Positions 40,026 through 49,349 of a DNA stretch of 64,000 nucleotides are shown here, one piece after another. Within the stretch, counting starts at the first letter, position 1; every line of letters starts with the position of its first letter. This stretch comes from an uncultured Gammaproteobacteria bacterium (GTDB lineage: Bacteria > Patescibacteriota > Patescibacteriia > Magasanikbacterales > GWA2-37-8). The DNA lies in NCBI GenBank assembly GCA_964536615.1, contig CAZHYG010000001.1:70200-134199 (forward strand). Direction: 5' to 3'. The notes under the pieces were generated by a model. It made no database searches and was not told the origin of the DNA. It saw only the letters and a program-made list of their open reading frames with translations. The translations under genes and the position numbers were made by a program.

Positions 40026-41652
40026 GCCGCATAATGACTGCTCCGGATTTACGCCCCAGTGTTTGCGCGATTTCTTCCACCGGTACGCCGTTAGCAAAAA
40101 ATTCTTTGAGCTCATTGTCTTGTTCTGCGCTCCACGACTTATACGCGTTTGGATGTTTCTCGCGGATTTTTTGATAGGGCTTGCGATGTAAAGCGGCGCT
40201 GCGGTTTTTTTTCTTTCCCGGTGTATTATCTGCACCAGAAACCGGAGCATAATAAACCTCTTCAGCATCTTGTCCATTTGATTCTTGCGGTAAATTATCT
40301 CCGCCGCAGGCAGTCACAAAATTTGTATGCATCTTTTGCAACTCCTCAGCCGAAAGCCGGGCAAATGCTTGCGCGGAAATATCTGAGCTTTCTTTAAACT
40401 CTCTGTCTTTTACAAACACATCTGGATGAACTTGAAACGTCTGTTGATTCCAACCCAATAAGTACAGTCCGTCCAAATTGCGCACCCGAGAAAGCGCCAC
40501 ATACCCTTGGCCATACTCAAACACCGAACTTAGATCCATAACCGCTTCATCCAAACTCATGCCTTGGCTTTTATGCACCGTAATAGCCCAAGCCAAACGC
40601 AAAGGCACTTGCGCAATTGTGGCGCGTGTCTTTCCATTTTCAATAATACTCCATTCCATCGGCTCGGCCACAATCCGCCTGCCGTCGTGCGTGCGAATCA
40701 CCGGGAAACTAACCAGTTTATCAAACTCTTCCACCACCCCAAGCGTACCATTTACAAAACCAGCACCCGGATTATTTTTGGTAAACATTACTTTAGCGCC
40801 AATTTTTAATTCCAGTTTTTCGGGAGACAAACAGCCTTTTTGCAAAGCCGCAACTAGCGCCGTCGGACCATGGCTCACCATATCAAACACTGTGGATTTT
40901 CCGGGAATGGTTGCAAGCATGGCATGATTGGTTTTATCAACATCAATATTGTGCGTATATAATTTTACGGCTTTTTCCGGAATAGCTGAGGCGCTGATTT
41001 TTCGTTTTTGAATAACAGACACATGATCTCCGCTTATCGCATTGCCTCGAATGGCGGAAAGTATTCCCAAAAATACCGAATCGTTTTGGCGGTGCTGTTC
41101 GCGAAGATAACATACAACCGGTTGAGCGCGCTGCCATGAAGAAGCTTGGTATGAAAACTGGGCTTTGACGGTTTCAAGCAACTCCGCTTGTCCTTGTTCA
41201 AAGTTTTCGTTTTTTACTACTGGCGGCAATTGAAAAAAATCACCAACAAAAATAACTTGCAAACCGCCAAACGCATCATTGTTTTGGCGTATATTTCGGC
41301 ACACCGCATCAACCATATCCAGCGTTTCCGGAGGTAGCATGGACACTTCTTCTATAATCAAAACTTTGGCGCGGCGCACTCGCTTGACCACATATTCGGT
41401 AGAAGAAATTTTATCAAGCTCATACGCATCCAAATATTTTTTAATGCCGATACCACTCCATGAATGAATGGTTACACCGCCAATATGCGTGGCTGCAATA
41501 CCGGTGGAAGCAGTGATGGACGGTTCAATATTTCGCGTACGCAAATACGACACATACTGATTGATGGTATATGTTTTTCCTGCTCCCGGTTCTCCGGTTA
41601 AAAATACATTAGCGCCGGTTTTTAAAATTGCCAGCGCTTGTTCTTGGGTCAT
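39991..41652 (-). CDS. Pif1/RecD-like SF1B DNA helicase with C-terminal HTH (sigma-70 region-4-like) domain
   Basis: Motifs FLTGEPGAGKTY, LIIEEVSM and FVGDFFQLPPV. C-terminal EIAQTLGRKSGAVIMRLNKLGL. Confidence 0.8.
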   Translation of the reverse strand: MTQEQALAILKTGANVFLTGEPGAGKTYTINQYVSYLRTRNIEPSITASTGIAATHIGGVTIHSWSGIGIKKYLDAYELDKISSTEYVVKRVRRAKVLIIEEVSMLPPETLDMVDAVCRNIRQNNDAFGGLQVIFVGDFFQLPPVVKNENFEQGQAELLETVKAQFSYQASSWQRAQPVVCYLREQHRQNDSVFLGILSAIRGNAISGDHVSVIQKRKISASAIPEKAVKLYTHNIDVDKTNHAMLATIPGKSTVFDMVSHGPTALVAALQKGCLSPEKLELKIGAKVMFTKNNPGAGFVNGTLGVVEEFDKLVSFPVIRTHDGRRIVAEPMEWSIIENGKTRATIAQVPLRLAWAITVHKSQGMSLDEAVMDLSSVFEYGQGYVALSRVRNLDGLYLLGWNQQTFQVHPDVFVKDREFKESSDISAQAFARLSAEELQKMHTNFVTACGGDNLPQESNGQDAEEVYYAPVSGADNTPGKKKNRSAALHRKPYQKIREKHPNAYKSWSAEQDNELKEFFANGVPVEEIAQTLGRKSGAVIMRLNKLGLMGDLN

Positions 41653-41894
41653 AGAGATGATATTAACCGCAACTTTTCTTCTCTGCTTAATTTTTTTATT
41701 TTACTTTCGGCTTTTGACGCGGTTGAACGATTACGAAATTTTTTACTATACACCAATCGCACCGGTCGGCGGGCGCGCGTATATTTCGCGCCCAGATCCG
41801 ATTCGTTATGCTCCTGTAATCGGCGTTCAAGATTTACCGTGATACCAGTATACAATGTTTTGTCCGCGCATTCCAGAATATATACATAATACAT
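41649..41894 (-). CDS. GIY-YIG domain protein (UPF0213/YhbQ-like)
   Basis: Motif YYVYILECADKTLYTGITVNLERRLQEHN. Confidence 0.85.
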   Translation of the reverse strand: MYYVYILECADKTLYTGITVNLERRLQEHNESDLGAKYTRARRPVRLVYSKKFRNRSTASKAESKIKKLSREEKLRLISSL

Positions 41895-41895
41895 A

Positions 41896-42309
41896 TTATT
41901 CTATGATTCGCCTGTTGGTTTTAATCTGCGAACGCTTACGTTTTGATTCCATACGTTTTACTTTAGAGCTCCAGGTGGGCTTGGTGGCGCGGCGAATTTT
42001 AGGCACATGCATCGCTTCGTCTACCAACGCTTGCAACCTGGCTATAGCCAATTCCTTGTTTTGAGCTTGCGACCGTTCTTCTTCGGAAAAAACCACCAAT
42101 TCATCTTGGTTATTTATTCGGTTTGCCAGCTTGGCTCTAATGCGATTTTTTTCATCATCGGTAAGCACAGTTGAGTTTTCTATAAACCAATGCACAAAAA
42201 CTTTCGTGGATGTTTTATTCACGTTCTGACCTCCTTTACCCGATGACCGGGCAAAAGTAATAACAAGTTCGTCTTCAGGAATTATCATACTATTATGTTC
42301 GCGGATCAT
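41896..42309 (-). CDS. arfB: alternative ribosome-rescue factor ArfB (peptidyl-tRNA hydrolase, RF-1 domain)
   Basis: GGQ motif (SSGKGGQNVNKTSTKV) and a basic C-terminal tail. Confidence 0.85.
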   Translation of the reverse strand: MIREHNSMIIPEDELVITFARSSGKGGQNVNKTSTKVFVHWFIENSTVLTDDEKNRIRAKLANRINNQDELVVFSEEERSQAQNKELAIARLQALVDEAMHVPKIRRATKPTWSSKVKRMESKRKRSQIKTNRRIIE

Positions 42310-42919
42310 TTTTTTTCCATTCTATAAGTTTGCCGGCGCGGCGTTCCATAGCATCGGCCAAACGAATATACCTGGCATTTTGTTTTGGAAACATGCGGCT
42401 ATGCGGCGCTATATCAACTGCTTCAGCCAACTGATCCAAATCGGTTTCGGCGGTTATCCAGTCTGTTCCCCAAGTTCGCAAATTAAACGGTTTGGTGGAA
42501 TGGCTTACCAGCGTTTTCTTGCCATCGCTCACTCGCCAATACTCATGAAAATATGACATAGCCAGTTCGCGCAGAGTTTTGTATACCGGATCGCGATAAC
42601 GCAGTGTGGCATGGTTGGTTTTACTTATCGCTCCCCAACAGCCATTGCGCTTATACAAGGCCACCACATGATCATCGTCTCCTTTATTTTTAAAATCCAT
42701 TAAAAGCGGCAATTCGCCGTTTAGCCACAAAGCCGTAGCCGCGAACAAAGCACCTTCAAAACAATGCATTTTTTTGGCGCGCAACACTCGGCGCGGAGAC
42801 ATGTACGTCTCCCCTTTCTTCTCCCAATTTACCGGCATCGTATCCAAAAAATCCTGGATTTTTATAGGGGTGTTGAGTTTTTTAAATATTTTTAGTTCTT
42901 GTTTGGTGAGGCCGAACAT
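42293..42919 (-). CDS. hypothetical protein with candidate papain/transglutaminase-like Cys-His-Asp arrangement
   Basis: Segment MHCFEGALFAATALWLNGELPLL ... DDDHVVALYKRNGCWGAIS resembles transglutaminase-like/NAT-like catalytic cores. Pattern-level only. Confidence 0.35.
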   Translation of the reverse strand: MFGLTKQELKIFKKLNTPIKIQDFLDTMPVNWEKKGETYMSPRRVLRAKKMHCFEGALFAATALWLNGELPLLMDFKNKGDDDHVVALYKRNGCWGAISKTNHATLRYRDPVYKTLRELAMSYFHEYWRVSDGKKTLVSHSTKPFNLRTWGTDWITAETDLDQLAEAVDIAPHSRMFPKQNARYIRLADAMERRAGKLIEWKKNDPRT

Positions 42920-42927
42920 GGTTTATA

Positions 42928-43224
42928 TTATTTTCTTAATTTCTTTTCCCAATATCGTTCAATATATATTTTTTGCCACCAAAACTTACCTTGCCAAAAA
43001 CCAAATAAAACGCCGGCCATAAATAACCCTACTCGTAAAACAGGATGCAAAGCACAACCACCATACCAAGCAATCACTCTATTATTTTCGCCTGCCCAAC
43101 TTAGATATTTAAACTCTATAAACGCATGGACCAAAAAACTTAAGAGGGTACCTAACACTACCCAAGAAATAATATAAACTATTTTTTTGGTTTTGGTTGG
43201 TGTGAGAGAGGCGGATAAAAACAC
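42928..43224 (-). CDS. small 2-TM membrane protein, hypothetical
   Basis: 98-aa ORF with two hydrophobic helices at the head of the co-directional string. Confidence 0.3.
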   Translation of the reverse strand: MFLSASLTPTKTKKIVYIISWVVLGTLLSFLVHAFIEFKYLSWAGENNRVIAWYGGCALHPVLRVGLFMAGVLFGFWQGKFWWQKIYIERYWEKKLRK

Positions 43225-43233
43225 AGATAAAAT

Positions 43234-43761
43234 TTAGAGGCCTTTGGGTACTGGCAATCCTAATTTTTGAAGCGGCAGGTATTTAAAGTAATATTGGCAA
43301 CCCACAGAAATTATATAATCCAGCACATCTTTATACTCTGGTTTTTTAAACCAGTCACTTAATATATAAATATATTCAACTTCTATATTAAGCGGCGCCA
43401 TTAGCTTGGCATATTGTTTCCGCTTAAAATCGCATGTTTGCAATTTTTCATCAACAGAACCTGCTACTTTTTGAAACTTCATCTCAATAATAAAAAGAGT
43501 ATTATTCACTATTACATAAAGCGCTTCGTCAGGTAGCAATTTTTTTGATAAATGTTTCCGGTAGTCAACACCTTTTGATTCTAAAAATTTATAAAGAGAA
43601 TTTTTTCTATAACTTTGCGCAACTTCTTTCTTTTCGTAAAAAATAACACTGCCTTTGACCGTATATCCTTTTTGTTTTTTAAGTAATTCTAAAATATCTC
43701 CTTCTCGTTCAAAATTTAAACCTGTTATAGTATTTCCGCCGCCAAAACCTTTTTCTTTCAT
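43234..43761 (-). CDS. putative type II restriction endonuclease (PD-(D/E)XK)
   Basis: PD...(14)...EMK motif (LLPDEALYVIVNNTLFIIEMKFQK). Immediately downstream of, and probably co-transcribed with, a DNA methyltransferase. Confidence 0.5.
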   Translation of the reverse strand: MKEKGFGGGNTITGLNFEREGDILELLKKQKGYTVKGSVIFYEKKEVAQSYRKNSLYKFLESKGVDYRKHLSKKLLPDEALYVIVNNTLFIIEMKFQKVAGSVDEKLQTCDFKRKQYAKLMAPLNIEVEYIYILSDWFKKPEYKDVLDYIISVGCQYYFKYLPLQKLGLPVPKGL

Positions 43762-43762
43762 A

Positions 43763-44602
43763 TTATTTTTTATTATTAATTTTATTTTTTAAATTTTTAT
43801 CTAACTCCTCAAATCTCTTAATCGAGAGGTCTAGATATTTTTTTTCCAGATCAATACCAATAAAATTACGTCCAAATAAATGAGACGCAATACCTGTTGT
43901 GGAACTACCTGCAAACGGATCTAGCACTGTATCGCCTTTATTTGTACTAGCAAGAATAATTCTCTTAAGTAAATCTTCTGGTTTTTGGGTTGGATGCTTG
44001 CCGAATTTCTTTTCAACTGGTTTTGGAGTACCCATAGACCAAACCGAACGCATCTGCAAACCAGGTTTTTTTAAGGCATCCTCTGGCCAAACACCATTTT
44101 TCATCAAATCATAATTAAAGATATGCTTGGCTTTCTTATCTTTTCTCGCCCAAATAATTGTTTCATGGCTCGCAGTAAAGAAACGACAACTTAAATTTGG
44201 CGAAGCGTTTGGCTTGAACCAAGCAATGTCATTGAGCACATGAAACCCAGCAACCTGCAATGCAAATCCACATTGATAGATGGAATGATAAGTTCCGCTA
44301 ATCCAAATCGTACCGCTTGGTTTTAACACTCTTCTAACCGCCTCTATCCATTTAACATGAAAATCAAAATCTTCTTTTACACCCTTGCTTTTATCCCAAT
44401 CACCCTTATTTACACTGACCATTTTACCAGCATGAACAGTAAAACCACCGTTAGAGAGCATGTAAGGAGGATCGGCAAATACCATATCTATAGAATTTTC
44501 AGGAATTTGCTGTAAAATATTTAAACAATTCTCTTTATAGAGAACAAAATTATCCTTTAAAAAATATGGCTTATCTTTTATTTTAGCTAAAATTTTTGAC
44601 AT
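43763..44602 (-). CDS. beta-class DNA amino-methyltransferase (N6-adenine or N4-cytosine)
   Basis: Motif IV DPPY (MVFADPPYML) precedes motif I (VLDPFAGSSTTG), indicating the beta class. Confidence 0.85.
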   Translation of the reverse strand: MSKILAKIKDKPYFLKDNFVLYKENCLNILQQIPENSIDMVFADPPYMLSNGGFTVHAGKMVSVNKGDWDKSKGVKEDFDFHVKWIEAVRRVLKPSGTIWISGTYHSIYQCGFALQVAGFHVLNDIAWFKPNASPNLSCRFFTASHETIIWARKDKKAKHIFNYDLMKNGVWPEDALKKPGLQMRSVWSMGTPKPVEKKFGKHPTQKPEDLLKRIILASTNKGDTVLDPFAGSSTTGIASHLFGRNFIGIDLEKKYLDLSIKRFEELDKNLKNKINNKK

Positions 44603-44619
44603 ATCTATGTAATTTATGA

Positions 44620-44650
44620 GCCAGAATCAACTTTACCTTTTTCTAGAATA
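44620..44650 (-). promoter_or_regulatory. candidate promoter of the R-M operon (TTGATT-17-TAGATA)
   Basis: Minus-strand reading: TTGATTctggctcataaattacaTAGATAtg ending at the MTase ATG. Weak match. Confidence 0.3.
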
Positions 44651-44675
44651 TTTTACAATAACCCAGATAAAATTT

Positions 44676-45023
44676 CTATAAATTCGTATACTTAACATTC
44701 TTCCCTTTAGATTTTTCTACTGGATACTTTAATTCTGTTTTATCAATTTTTTTGTTTGCAGCTTCAAGCAAATTTATATCAAAATCATTTGCTATAAGAA
44801 GCAAAAAATACAGGACATCGCCTAGCTCATCCCCAATTTCTTCTTTATGAGTCTGTATATATTCTTTTAACTGCTCATCGGTTTTCCATAAAAAATGCTC
44901 AGCGACCTCTCCGGCTTCTAAAGTAAGGCCAATAGCCAAATCTTTTGGCGTATGAAACTGCTTCCAATCTCGCGCATCACGAAAGGCAATTATTTTCTTC
45001 TGTAATTCTTCTAAACTTATCAT
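44676..45023 (-). CDS. MazG-like nucleotide pyrophosphohydrolase (small all-alpha NTP-PPase)
   Basis: Motifs EAGEVAEHFLWK and ELGDVLYFLLLIANDFDINL. Confidence 0.8.
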   Translation of the reverse strand: MISLEELQKKIIAFRDARDWKQFHTPKDLAIGLTLEAGEVAEHFLWKTDEQLKEYIQTHKEEIGDELGDVLYFLLLIANDFDINLLEAANKKIDKTELKYPVEKSKGKNVKYTNL

Positions 45024-45027
45024 ACGA

Positions 45028-45468
45028 TTATTTAACTTTAACTAAACTGTTATTTACAACCTGAAAATAACTGGACATGCCTACTGACGGCTTGTTTGTC
45101 ATAGGTTCGCCTGGTCTACGATCTGCATAATTTACAATGATCATACCATCTTTAAATTCTGTTGTTTGCGGGGCAATTCTGTCGCCCAACAATATAGCAT
45201 CCAGCTCTTTAAACCCTTTTCCATCTGCCAATTTGGCAGTTACATAATAAAAAGTTCCACTACCGCCACCATCTTCGGTAAATAGATATGCCACATCTTC
45301 TTTATCATCTCCATTAAAATCTCCTTTTACTTCATTGCCAAAATAACGAGCTCCAGATTTAACACTTGTACTATCGCTGGCGAAGTTAAACTTAAACATT
45401 ACCGCTACAGCCACCAAAGAAACAAGCGGCAAAACGATAACACCAATTATAATTAATATTTTTTTCAT
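45028..45468 (-). CDS. hypothetical secreted/membrane-anchored protein
   Basis: N-terminal hydrophobic anchor, Gly/Asp-rich middle, 146 aa. Confidence 0.35.
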   Translation of the reverse strand: MKKILIIIGVIVLPLVSLVAVAVMFKFNFASDSTSVKSGARYFGNEVKGDFNGDDKEDVAYLFTEDGGGSGTFYYVTAKLADGKGFKELDAILLGDRIAPQTTEFKDGMIIVNYADRRPGEPMTNKPSVGMSSYFQVVNNSLVKVK

Positions 45469-45472
45469 AAAA

Positions 45473-46195
45473 TTATAAATTATGTTTTTTTACAATGATT
45501 TCTTTCGCATTTTTGTATTTTTCTACACTCTTGGTTTTCCACGGCAATTTATAAACAAAACTTGGTAGCCAATTGCTTATACCTACCCTACCACCCACTA
45601 TCTTTTTATACAAAATTTCGGGAACAAACACACCTGTCTTCCCCTGCTCCAGCATAGACAACCACAAATCCCAATCTTGAAAACGTTTTATCTTTTCATC
45701 AAACCCAACAAAATCTTTGCGGCGAATAAGCGAAGTGGTATCTATAAAATTTACCTGTTTTAAAGCATCGGCATCAAAGGCGCGGCTTTGCATGGTTTTC
45801 CAACCAAACTTAAATTTGCTATACGCATACGACGCTTGGCTGTTGTTTTGCAGCGCGCTATACATTTTTTGCAGCATGTCCGGTTCGGCCAATGTGTCGG
45901 CATCCCAAAATATGACATACTCTCCTTTGGCAGCCGCAAACCCTTTATTTCTGGCTGCCGGCGCGCCGCTATTTTCTTGAGAAAGAATAGACAGCAAACT
46001 ACCTGCGCCAATACAATTTTTTTCTGTAAGCTGCAAGCACTCGTTAACCACTTCATTAAAATTATCAGTACTACCGTCGTTAACCACAATTATTTCCAGT
46101 GGACGGTATGTCTGGCGAAAAATAGCTTCAATTGAACTCTTGAGTGTATGCGCATGGTTGTATACGGGAATAATAACGCTAATGAGCGGCTGCAT
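45473..46195 (-). CDS. family 2 glycosyltransferase
   Basis: Motif ISVIIPVYNHAHTL...DGSTD...DAD; GT-A fold. Confidence 0.8.
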   Translation of the reverse strand: MQPLISVIIPVYNHAHTLKSSIEAIFRQTYRPLEIIVVNDGSTDNFNEVVNECLQLTEKNCIGAGSLLSILSQENSGAPAARNKGFAAAKGEYVIFWDADTLAEPDMLQKMYSALQNNSQASYAYSKFKFGWKTMQSRAFDADALKQVNFIDTTSLIRRKDFVGFDEKIKRFQDWDLWLSMLEQGKTGVFVPEILYKKIVGGRVGISNWLPSFVYKLPWKTKSVEKYKNAKEIIVKKHNL

Positions 46196-46198
46196 ATA

Positions 46199-47311
46199 TT
46201 ACATTAATTTTTCTAATTGTTGCTCCCAAGTGAATTCTTTTGACACTCGTTCTTTTCCGGCTGCACCCATCTTTTTGGCATATTCTGTTTCTTTCAGCAG
46301 ATTGGCAACAGCCGAAACAATACTTTGATCTTGATACAAATCCACCACCAAACCGGTAACCATATTTTCTACAGCCTCCTCTACACCACCGGAACGCCCA
46401 GCCACAGACGGAATGCCCGACGCGGCTGCTTCCACAAATGATGTACCCCACGCTTCCTGCATAGTTTCATCCGGATGCGTCAGCAACACAAACAAATCCG
46501 CAATTTGATAAAACTTTGGCAGCTGCGCGTATGGAACCTGGCCGATAAACCGAGTAACATTTTGCAGATAATTTTTTTGGATAGAGGTAATGATTTCGTT
46601 TTTCTTTGGACCATCGCCAATAATGAGCCAAACCAAATTTGGCACTTTTTCCAAAATCTTCGGCAACAGCCGAATAAGGTGCGGAAAACCCTTGCCGTCG
46701 CTCATGCGCGCTACCGTAATAATTACTTTCTTTCCTTCCAACGCAAGCTGTGATTTTAATTTTTTTAACTCTGCGGCCGGCGCCGGTTCCAAAAATATTG
46801 CGTCGGGACATGGATATATCACGGTTGTTTTGTGAGCCAAATCTTCAAAATTAATTTCAAATTGATGCTGCAAAAACTTGCTGTTTACCACTATTTTTTC
46901 AGCTTCGGCGCAGACTTTTCTTATTTTATTTTTTTTATGCTTTACTCCCGCCAGCAAATCGGTGCCATGAAAAAATACCGTATACGGAATATGTTTTAAT
47001 TTTTTTATAATATACGCCACATACCCGCACGGCAGCGCGTGGTGAATATAGATGCGTTCAATGCGTTCTTTTTTTACAATATCAAGCACCTGCCACATCA
47101 AACGAATCCAGCGGGGCCAAATAAATGAAAAATATGGAAGAGCGCGAATGGTTTTCCATGGCTTTTTTTTATCAAACTCTTCTCCCCCAGGCATTTTGGG
47201 AGCATAGACAATAACTTCATCGGCAGGCATGTGCTTGGCCAGATTATATGTATACGAAGCCACGCCGCCAATCTGCGGAGGATATTCAAGAGTAATAATA
47301 AGCGTCTTCAT
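46199..47311 (-). CDS. family 1/4 glycosyltransferase (GT-B)
   Basis: EX7E-type C-terminal motif (GTSFVEAAASGIPSVAGRSGGVEEAV). Confidence 0.85.
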   Translation of the reverse strand: MKTLIITLEYPPQIGGVASYTYNLAKHMPADEVIVYAPKMPGGEEFDKKKPWKTIRALPYFSFIWPRWIRLMWQVLDIVKKERIERIYIHHALPCGYVAYIIKKLKHIPYTVFFHGTDLLAGVKHKKNKIRKVCAEAEKIVVNSKFLQHQFEINFEDLAHKTTVIYPCPDAIFLEPAPAAELKKLKSQLALEGKKVIITVARMSDGKGFPHLIRLLPKILEKVPNLVWLIIGDGPKKNEIITSIQKNYLQNVTRFIGQVPYAQLPKFYQIADLFVLLTHPDETMQEAWGTSFVEAAASGIPSVAGRSGGVEEAVENMVTGLVVDLYQDQSIVSAVANLLKETEYAKKMGAAGKERVSKEFTWEQQLEKLM

Positions 47312-47317
47312 AGGATA

Positions 47318-48754
47318 TTATTTTAACAGCCGCACTTTGCGTAAAACAAGTTTCACGACTTCCACACTCAATACACGTGTTGCAAACAGCAAAGCCACAT
47401 ACAACGCGCCTGAAATGGCAATAACCAATATGTAGTGTAATTTAAATGACAGTCCGTACGCAACCAGCGCCATGCCTACAGCCGGCCAAAGAGTTTGGTT
47501 CAAATACAACCCAATGCGAGACATGTCTATAGACACAGATCGAACGGAAAAATATAGCCCCGCGAAACATAACAGCGTATTGCTGCACAATGCCGCAATC
47601 GCTGCCCCCACAATGCCAAACCGAGGCAAAAGCAATAAGTTTAAGATAATATTAAACACTAGAACAACTGTAATTAAACTGGTTTGAGTTTTTTGATTAT
47701 TGGTAGCGTTTAACAGCGCGCCTGTAATAAGCGCCAAAAATCCAAAGATAAGGCTGCCGAGCAACAGACGCAACGGCACAATCGATGGCGCATACTGAGA
47801 GCCAAACACATGAATAATTACCGGCTGTGCAACTGCCATCAAGCCAAGCGCCAATGGAAATACAATGGCAAACAAATATCGCCACGATTTTTCAAATAAC
47901 GGACCAATGCTGGCCTTGTCTTTTAAAAATAACGAACTAAATACCGGATACACACTGGCAGACAGCGCTACGGGAATAAACTGAAATGCAAACGTAATTT
48001 TATATGGCACACTCCACCACCCCAACTCTTTGGCAGTGAGCATTTTAGACATAAGCAGCGAATCACTATATGCGTACAATCGCCCAATAATACCGGCCAT
48101 AGCAAACGGCACAGCTGTGGCTAGAAAAATTTTAAATACTTCTTTGTTCCAAATAAACTGAATGGTAATTCCGTATACTCGTTTAAGAAACCTGCTCATG
48201 TATACCGTAGTAAGAAAGCTCGGTATGGTGTAGGCAATAATAAGCCAAACAAGCGGCCAATGATTGAGCAGCGCCAGCGTACCAATAATTAACGTGGTAA
48301 ACTGCGAAATGATAACTGTTGCGGATTCGTATATTAAATTTTTTCGCGCGCGAAAGATACTGTTAAAAGCAGTGGTTAAGTTGTCAAAAAACATGGTTAA
48401 GCCAGAAATATAGATAAGCAGTTTTGTTTCCTGCGGATATCGCAATATATATGAAAAAAACACAACGAGCGCATACGCCCCCACCCCAAACAAAACTTTG
48501 GTCCAAAATACGGTATTAAAATAACTTTGCGCTCTATCGGGAAAACGGGCTGTTTCTCGGGTAAGCACCGGCCCCATGCCAAAATCGGCCACCACCGTAA
48601 ATATGGTAGTAAATGTAATGGCAAAAAAATACACGCCCGTATGCTCCACCTGAATCATGCGAGCCACGAAAATAAAATAAAAGAAAGAAATCACCTTCTG
48701 GAGCACAGAGGCGATCGTAAGAAACGAGGTGTTTTGAGCGACAGTGTAGGACAT
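47318..48754 (-). CDS. Wzx-like polysaccharide flippase (MOP superfamily)
   Basis: 478 aa with about 12-14 TM helices, positioned upstream of the two glycosyltransferases. Confidence 0.75.
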   Translation of the reverse strand: MSYTVAQNTSFLTIASVLQKVISFFYFIFVARMIQVEHTGVYFFAITFTTIFTVVADFGMGPVLTRETARFPDRAQSYFNTVFWTKVLFGVGAYALVVFFSYILRYPQETKLLIYISGLTMFFDNLTTAFNSIFRARKNLIYESATVIISQFTTLIIGTLALLNHWPLVWLIIAYTIPSFLTTVYMSRFLKRVYGITIQFIWNKEVFKIFLATAVPFAMAGIIGRLYAYSDSLLMSKMLTAKELGWWSVPYKITFAFQFIPVALSASVYPVFSSLFLKDKASIGPLFEKSWRYLFAIVFPLALGLMAVAQPVIIHVFGSQYAPSIVPLRLLLGSLIFGFLALITGALLNATNNQKTQTSLITVVLVFNIILNLLLLPRFGIVGAAIAALCSNTLLCFAGLYFSVRSVSIDMSRIGLYLNQTLWPAVGMALVAYGLSFKLHYILVIAISGALYVALLFATRVLSVEVVKLVLRKVRLLK

Positions 48755-48825
48755 AGATACAGTCTGTATTTTACCTTATAAAAGAAAACAAAAAAAGACC
48801 CTGCTATCACGAGGTCTTTTTAAGC

Positions 48826-49257
48826 TTAATCGACTGGAAACTTTGTTAAAATTTCGGCGTTAAGAGCTGTAAACTCATCCGGCACTTTCTGCTCAAATTG
48901 GCTAAGTAGAAATATTCCTTCATCAATAAAACCGCGTGCGCCATGAATTTTTCCAAACCCAAGCGCCTTCTGAGCTGCGTTAAAATAGTCCTGTGCCAAT
49001 TCTTCAATTTTTTCAAAGATTTTACTATATTTTTCATCTACACCCGTGCGAATTTTAAGCGGTGATTTTTTGTTTTTCTTTGCATCAAAACTAAATAGAC
49101 CACACGGCGCGCGAGGTTTTGGAGCAATATCAAAAGAATCGATTGGCAAAACGGAAGAATTGGCAATTTCTTCCATAAGTTGATTATGTTTTTTATCCAA
49201 ATATTCTCTTAGGCCAACAAGCTCTATTTCTGGTTGATTATTTAACATTTCACTCAT
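48826..49257 (-). CDS. hypothetical protein (about 144 aa)
   Basis: The track ORF extends to 49365, but that extension overlaps the rpsI stop and contains the rpsI terminator hairpin. The start at MSEMLNNQ (49257) is preferred. Confidence 0.4.
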   Translation of the reverse strand: MSEMLNNQPEIELVGLREYLDKKHNQLMEEIANSSVLPIDSFDIAPKPRAPCGLFSFDAKKNKKSPLKIRTGVDEKYSKIFEKIEELAQDYFNAAQKALGFGKIHGARGFIDEGIFLLSQFEQKVPDEFTALNAEILTKFPVD

Positions 49258-49303
49258 AGTAACAACTATGGTAACAAGCTGTGAAAGCAAAGTCAAATAC
49301 AAA

Positions 49304-49340
49304 AAACAAAAAGACCCTTGCAACAAGGGTCTTTTTTGAA
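49304..49340 (-). terminator. rho-independent terminator of the rplM-rpsI operon (bidirectional hairpin)
   Basis: aaaaAGACCCTTgcaacaAAGGGTCTtttttg: 8-bp stem, 6-nt loop, flanking A/T runs. Confidence 0.7.
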
Positions 49341-49349
49341 GAAATACGA

